Shown: piece by piece, positions 59,852-64,000 of the stretch
How positions within the stretch are numbered: position 1 is the first letter of the stretch
How the letters are laid out: every line of letters begins with the position of its first letter
Assembly: GCA_045577985.1 (NCBI GenBank)
Contig: JAZNJJ010000024.1
Location: 82,041 to 146,040 of the forward strand
DNA from: Alphaproteobacteria bacterium
GTDB lineage: Bacteria; Pseudomonadota; Alphaproteobacteria; RF32; CAG-239
Length of the DNA: 64,000 nt
Direction of reading: 5' to 3'
Notes under the pieces: generated by a model
Told to the model about the DNA's origin: nothing
The model's input: the letters and a program-made list of their open reading frames with translations, nothing else
Databases searched by the model: none
Program-made: the position numbers and the translations under genes

Positions 59852-60765
59852 TGTTAGAACAAAAGCAAAGACATATTCCAGTTATGTTGGCGGAGGTTCT
59901 TCGTTATTTGGAACCTAAAAATGGGGAAATTTATGTTGATGCGACTTTTGGAAATGGAGGGTATAGTAGAGCAATTTTAGAAAAAGCAAATTGTAAGGTA
60001 ATTGCTTTGGATAGAGATCCAAATGTCGTAGTTAGAGCAAATGAAATGAAAAATTTGTTCGGGGATCGTTTTGAGTTTAGAAAGGGTCAATTTGGTGATT
60101 TTAATGATTTGATTCCGGAAAAGGTTAATGGAGTTGTTTTTGATATAGGCGTTTCTTCAATGCAATTGGATGAGGCAGAGCGTGGATTTTCCTTTTCTAA
60201 AGATGCTGTTTTGGATATGAGAATGTCTTGTGAAGGAATTTCTGCGAAGGAGATTGTAAATACATTTGAAGAAAAAAAATTGGCTGATTTGATTTATGAA
60301 TATGGTGAAGAAAGAAAATCGCGCCAGATTGCGCAAAGAATTGTTGAATATCGTAGAAAAAAAGAAATTGAAACAACTCGTGAATTAGCTGAAATAATTT
60401 ATCAGGTTATTCATAAAAAAGTGGGAGAAATAGATCCGGCAACGAGAACTTTTCAAGCTTTAAGAATTGCAGTCAATGATGAATTGGGTGAGTTATCTAG
60501 AGGTCTTGAGGGAGCTTCTAGACAATTGTTGAAGGGTGGTAGGCTTGTTGTTGTCGATTTTCATTCGTTGGAAGATAGAATCGTTAAGATATTTATGAGA
60601 GATAATGGCGGTAAAAAAGTTAGAATTTCTAAATATGCACCAGATTTGGTGAAAGAAAATAGCTTGTTTACTGAAGTGTCAAAGGTAATAGTGCCAACAG
60701 TTGAAGAGTGTCATAAGAATCCGCGGGCACGTTCAGCTAAGTTAAGATATGCGGTTAGGGGATAA
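59851..60765 (+). CDS. rsmH: 16S rRNA (cytosine1402-N4)-methyltransferase
   Basis: SAM-binding motif DATFGNGGYS; lies directly after mraZ. Confidence 0.9.
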   Translation: MLEQKQRHIPVMLAEVLRYLEPKNGEIYVDATFGNGGYSRAILEKANCKVIALDRDPNVVVRANEMKNLFGDRFEFRKGQFGDFNDLIPEKVNGVVFDIGVSSMQLDEAERGFSFSKDAVLDMRMSCEGISAKEIVNTFEEKKLADLIYEYGEERKSRQIAQRIVEYRRKKEIETTRELAEIIYQVIHKKVGEIDPATRTFQALRIAVNDELGELSRGLEGASRQLLKGGRLVVVDFHSLEDRIVKIFMRDNGGKKVRISKYAPDLVKENSLFTEVSKVIVPTVEECHKNPRARSAKLRYAVRG

Positions 60766-60768
60766 ATT

Positions 60769-61134
60769 ATGAGCAGTATCAAAACGGCAATGGTTGTTCT
60801 GTGGCTTACTTTAACTCTTTTTGTGGCTTTAGGGTCTTCTGTTTTGAAAAATAGAGTGCAGATTTTAGAAAAAAGATTGGCTACTATAAATGAAAATATT
60901 CAAAAGGATATTCAAAATATTCATGTATTGAAAGCTGAGTGGAGCCATTATAATACTCCTGATCGATTGCAAAAATTGGCATATGAACAATTATCTTTAG
61001 AAAAAGCAAAACCTGAACAAATTATTAACTATTCTGCTTTACACTTTAATTATGAAGATGAAAAATTAGGTGGTAAAGTTTCAGCAAATAAAAAAAGGTT
61101 GACAACTTTAGTAAAAGCAGAAGTTAAGAGATAA
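60769..61134 (+). CDS. ftsL: cell division protein FtsL-like
   Basis: Single TM segment plus a coiled coil; about 121 aa between rsmH and ftsI. Confidence 0.55.
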   Translation: MSSIKTAMVVLWLTLTLFVALGSSVLKNRVQILEKRLATINENIQKDIQNIHVLKAEWSHYNTPDRLQKLAYEQLSLEKAKPEQIINYSALHFNYEDEKLGGKVSANKKRLTTLVKAEVKR

Positions 61135-61139
61135 GAAAA

Positions 61140-62891
61140 ATGGGGTTTAATGTAAATTTTTCTAAAAGAAATACAGAGAGATTTTATCTTCCGGGACAGG
61201 AAATAAAAATTTCTAGGGGAATGGTTTCTCAGAAAAATTATACTACAGAAAGTGATAATGTGTTGACTTGTAGAAACAGAACATGGTTCTCTATGTGCTG
61301 TTTTGTTTTTATGTATATTGTTTTAGCTTTGCGTGTGAGCTATGTTTGTTTAAGCAATGGTATAAATATTGATACAGCTATTTCTAATGAACAACTCGTT
61401 GATGCTGATACTATTAAATTTAAAAATCCTGTTAAACGTGCTGATATTCAAGATCGAAATGGGGAAATTATTGCAACTTCTTTGCCTACCGTTAATTTGT
61501 ATGCTAATACAAAAAAAATAAAACAACCAAAGGACGTTGCGGAAAAGCTTAATTTTATTTTTCCGGAAATAAAATATGAGCGCTTTTTAGAGTTATTGAA
61601 CAGACGTAGTGCTTTTATTTATTTAAAGAGAAATCTGTCTCCTGCTCAACAATCTCAAGTTAATTCATTGGGAATTCCTGGTTTGGAATTTGAAAGTTGT
61701 GAGAAAAGAGTATATCCTCATAAGAATTTATTTTCGCATGTTTTAGGTAATACAAATATTGATAATGAGGGGATATCAGGACTAGAGCGGTATATGGATG
61801 AAAGATTGACATCATCTACAAAACCTCTAGATTTATCTGTTGATTTGGGTGTACAAAGTACAATTAGAGAAGAACTTTTAGCAGGTGTTAAGCAATTTGA
61901 TGCAGCTGGAGCTTCTGCTGTTTTAATGGATGTGAATAATGGTCATGTTTTAGCAATGGTATCTGTACCAGATCATGATCCAAATGAAGGGGTGAAGGAA
62001 ACATTTAATTTCGCGACTAAAGGTGTTTATGAAGCCGGTTCTGTGTTTAAGGTATTTAATACGGCTTTATGTTTAGATAGTGGAAAAATTAAGGTATCCG
62101 ACAGATTTGATACATCTGAACCTATTTATTTTGGTAGATATAGAGTGTCTGATCCTCATGGATCTAATAAAAAATTAACTCCAGAAGATATTTTAGTAGA
62201 ATCGTCAAATATTGGTTCAGCTTTAGAGGTAATGAAAGTTGGAAAAGAATATCAGCGTAAGTTTATGCAAAAAATAAATATGGATAAAGAGTTGAGCAAT
62301 TTTGAATTGATTGAAACAGCAAAACCTTTATTCTTGGATGAAAAACGATGGACAGATCATTCTATGGCTACAATAAGTTACGGTTATGGTATTTCTGTTA
62401 CTCCACTTCATATTGTTTCTGCTTTTTCTGCAATGGTAAATGGTGGAATTTATTATGAACCTACACTTATTAACCAAAGTGTACGTGAAGGAAAAAAAGT
62501 AATTTCGGAAAAAACATCAAAATCTATGCGAAAACTTTTGCGTGCAGTTGTTGTTAAAGGTACAGGAAAAAGGGCAAATGTTGATGGTTATCAGGTTATT
62601 GGAAAAACAGGAACTGCTAATAAACTTGTGAATGGTAAGTATGACCATAAAAAAAGTATTTCTACTTTTATATCTGCATTTCCAGAGAATAATCCGAAAT
62701 ATGCATTATTAGTAGTGGTTGATGAGCCTAAGGGAAGTAAGGATACTTGGGGACATACAGAAGCAGGTTGGAATGCGGTGCCTATTACTAATAATATAAT
62801 TACGGCTATTGCTCCTCAATTAAATGTTAAAGTTGATTTTGATTTGGATAAGCAAAAGAGTATTGTTGATGCAGCATATATAAAAGATTAG
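61140..62891 (+). CDS. ftsI: peptidoglycan D,D-transpeptidase FtsI (PBP3)
   Basis: SVFK (SxxK), SSN and KTGT motifs with an N-terminal TM anchor. Confidence 0.85.
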   Translation: MGFNVNFSKRNTERFYLPGQEIKISRGMVSQKNYTTESDNVLTCRNRTWFSMCCFVFMYIVLALRVSYVCLSNGINIDTAISNEQLVDADTIKFKNPVKRADIQDRNGEIIATSLPTVNLYANTKKIKQPKDVAEKLNFIFPEIKYERFLELLNRRSAFIYLKRNLSPAQQSQVNSLGIPGLEFESCEKRVYPHKNLFSHVLGNTNIDNEGISGLERYMDERLTSSTKPLDLSVDLGVQSTIREELLAGVKQFDAAGASAVLMDVNNGHVLAMVSVPDHDPNEGVKETFNFATKGVYEAGSVFKVFNTALCLDSGKIKVSDRFDTSEPIYFGRYRVSDPHGSNKKLTPEDILVESSNIGSALEVMKVGKEYQRKFMQKINMDKELSNFELIETAKPLFLDEKRWTDHSMATISYGYGISVTPLHIVSAFSAMVNGGIYYEPTLINQSVREGKKVISEKTSKSMRKLLRAVVVKGTGKRANVDGYQVIGKTGTANKLVNGKYDHKKSISTFISAFPENNPKYALLVVVDEPKGSKDTWGHTEAGWNAVPITNNIITAIAPQLNVKVDFDLDKQKSIVDAAYIKD

Positions 62892-63076
62892 CTTTATTTA
62901 TAACTTTAGTATTATAAAATAATGCACATTTTTTAACTTTATTGCTATTTTTTTTGTTTTTGTTATTGAAAAATTTACTATTATTTCTTAAGTTGTTTAT
63001 TGTATTAGTTGTAATGCAATTAAGTTAACTTTCGTAGAAATACGATAAATTGTAAAAACCATATGGAGAAAATAAG

Positions 63077-63541
63077 ATGAAAAAACTTTTAAGTTTGTTC
63101 GTAGCTCTTGTAGCATTATCTGGTTGTTCAGCTTTAGGTATGGACGGCGGTTTATTTGGTGGTGCTGATTGCCAATCAAGATTAGCACGTGATTTTGCTG
63201 AAAATTCAACAGATACAGTATTTTTCGCATTTGATAGTTCTGCATTATCTGCAGAAGCTAGAGCTGCTTTAGATACTCAAGTTGAGTGGTTGAAAGATCA
63301 TGAAGATGTTCATGCTGTTGTTCAAGGTTATTGCGATGAGAGAGGTACTCGTGAATATAACTTAGCTTTGGGTGAGCGTCGTGCAAATGCTGTTAAACAG
63401 TATTTAGTATCTCAAGGCATTGAAGAAGATAGAATTTCTACAATTTCTTATGGTAAAGAAAGACCTGCAGTTTTGGGTAGTAATGAAGCTGCTTGGGCTC
63501 AAAACCGTCGTGCTGTAACAGTTGTTAGTGCTGTTGAATAA
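63077..63541 (+). CDS. pal: peptidoglycan-associated lipoprotein (OmpA-family), Pal-like
   Basis: Lipobox LSGCS and an OmpA C-like domain (ends with NRRAV); about 154 aa. Confidence 0.7.
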   Translation: MKKLLSLFVALVALSGCSALGMDGGLFGGADCQSRLARDFAENSTDTVFFAFDSSALSAEARAALDTQVEWLKDHEDVHAVVQGYCDERGTREYNLALGERRANAVKQYLVSQGIEEDRISTISYGKERPAVLGSNEAAWAQNRRAVTVVSAVE

Positions 63542-63565
63542 TTTCGGTTTTTTTTACCAATTATA

Positions 63566-63592
63566 ACGCATCCGAATCGGATGCGTTTTTTA
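63566..63592 (+). terminator. intrinsic terminator aacgcatccgaatcggatgcgtttttt after pal
   Basis: Perfect stem followed by a T-run. A second hairpin at 63601..63632 (aaaaagacttggttttataccaagtcttttt) serves the convergent minus-strand gene. Confidence 0.6.
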
Positions 63593-63634
63593 TATTAAAT
63601 CAAAAAGACTTGGTTTTATACCAAGTCTTTTTGA

Positions 63635-64000
63635 TTTAATCATGGAAGGCAGCAATAATGTTTACTATGAATGCAATGACTAGTATTCCCACTATAGCCT
63701 TTAGAGATAGGGATACAACTTTTTTGATGAAACAATCGCGAGTAGCTTCTATCATTTCTGTTTTAAGCCAATTACCATTCGCAAAAATACGTATATCCGG
63801 TTTATGGTTAGTTCCGTAGTTAGCAATGGTTACAGTTTCTCCTGCATGTGGCTCTCTCTGGCCTCCGAATCGTGTATATACCTTAGAAACAGGATATTTT
63901 GTTGAATTGACTGTGACGAATGCTTCTCCTCGTTCAACCTTAATCCGTTCTACACCAATATATTCAATATTGCGATTGCAGCTTGTTAATGTCAGGCCTA
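63635..64000 (-). CDS. 3' part of a CDS that enters the window from its end (C-terminal TM helix ...LKAIVGILVIAFIVNIIAAFHD)
   Basis: Open minus-strand frame reaching the window edge, with a stop TAA at 63635..63637 and a terminator hairpin downstream. Confidence 0.4.

Overview
This 64-kb window is chromosomal DNA from a very AT-rich genome (roughly 30% G+C by eye, not computed) that reads as an alphaproteobacterium. Supporting markers are the cell-cycle regulator GcrA, the dcw-cluster head mraZ-rsmH-ftsL-ftsI, the miaB-phoH-ybeY-corC-lnt operon, ffs(SRP RNA)-dnaX-ybaB-recR, ruvAB-ybgC, and rpoZ-spoT-acpS. A complete MreB/MreC/MreD/PBP2/RodA elongasome argues against the MreB-less, polar-growing Rhizobiales. 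A eukaryote-like (type 2) IleRS, a membrane eukaryotic-like Ser/Thr kinase and several large orphan proteins fit a host-associated Rickettsiales/Holosporales-like lifestyle, but that placement is inference. No tRNA, rRNA, CRISPR or transposase genes were found. Housekeeping operons are interrupted by five accessory patches. (1) Three co-directional orphan proteins lie at 7.5-11.4 kb. (2) At 16-20.6 kb a vWA - PP2C phosphatase - membrane Ser/Thr kinase triad (TerY-P-like) sits with a previously unlisted 45-aa lipoprotein ORF upstream and an NMO-family flavoenzyme next to it. (3) A TerB-like protein and a 239-aa partner lie at 24.1-25.3 kb. (4) A RimK-like ATP-grasp ligase, a 7TM transglutaminase-like protein and a retropepsin-like (DTGA) lipoprotein form a triad at 53.9-57 kb. 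(5) A lone type IV pilin-like gene at 57.6-58.4 kb has two perfect palindromes in its upstream region that differ by a symmetric compensatory substitution. Other sequence-level observations are an A10 slippery tract in dnaX at the tau/gamma position with stops close by in both alternative frames, four to five 10-bp-phased direct repeats upstream of mraZ that look like an MraZ operator, an SRP RNA directly upstream of dnaX, several clean bidirectional terminators, and a GC-shifted secreted-protein gene just upstream of ileS.
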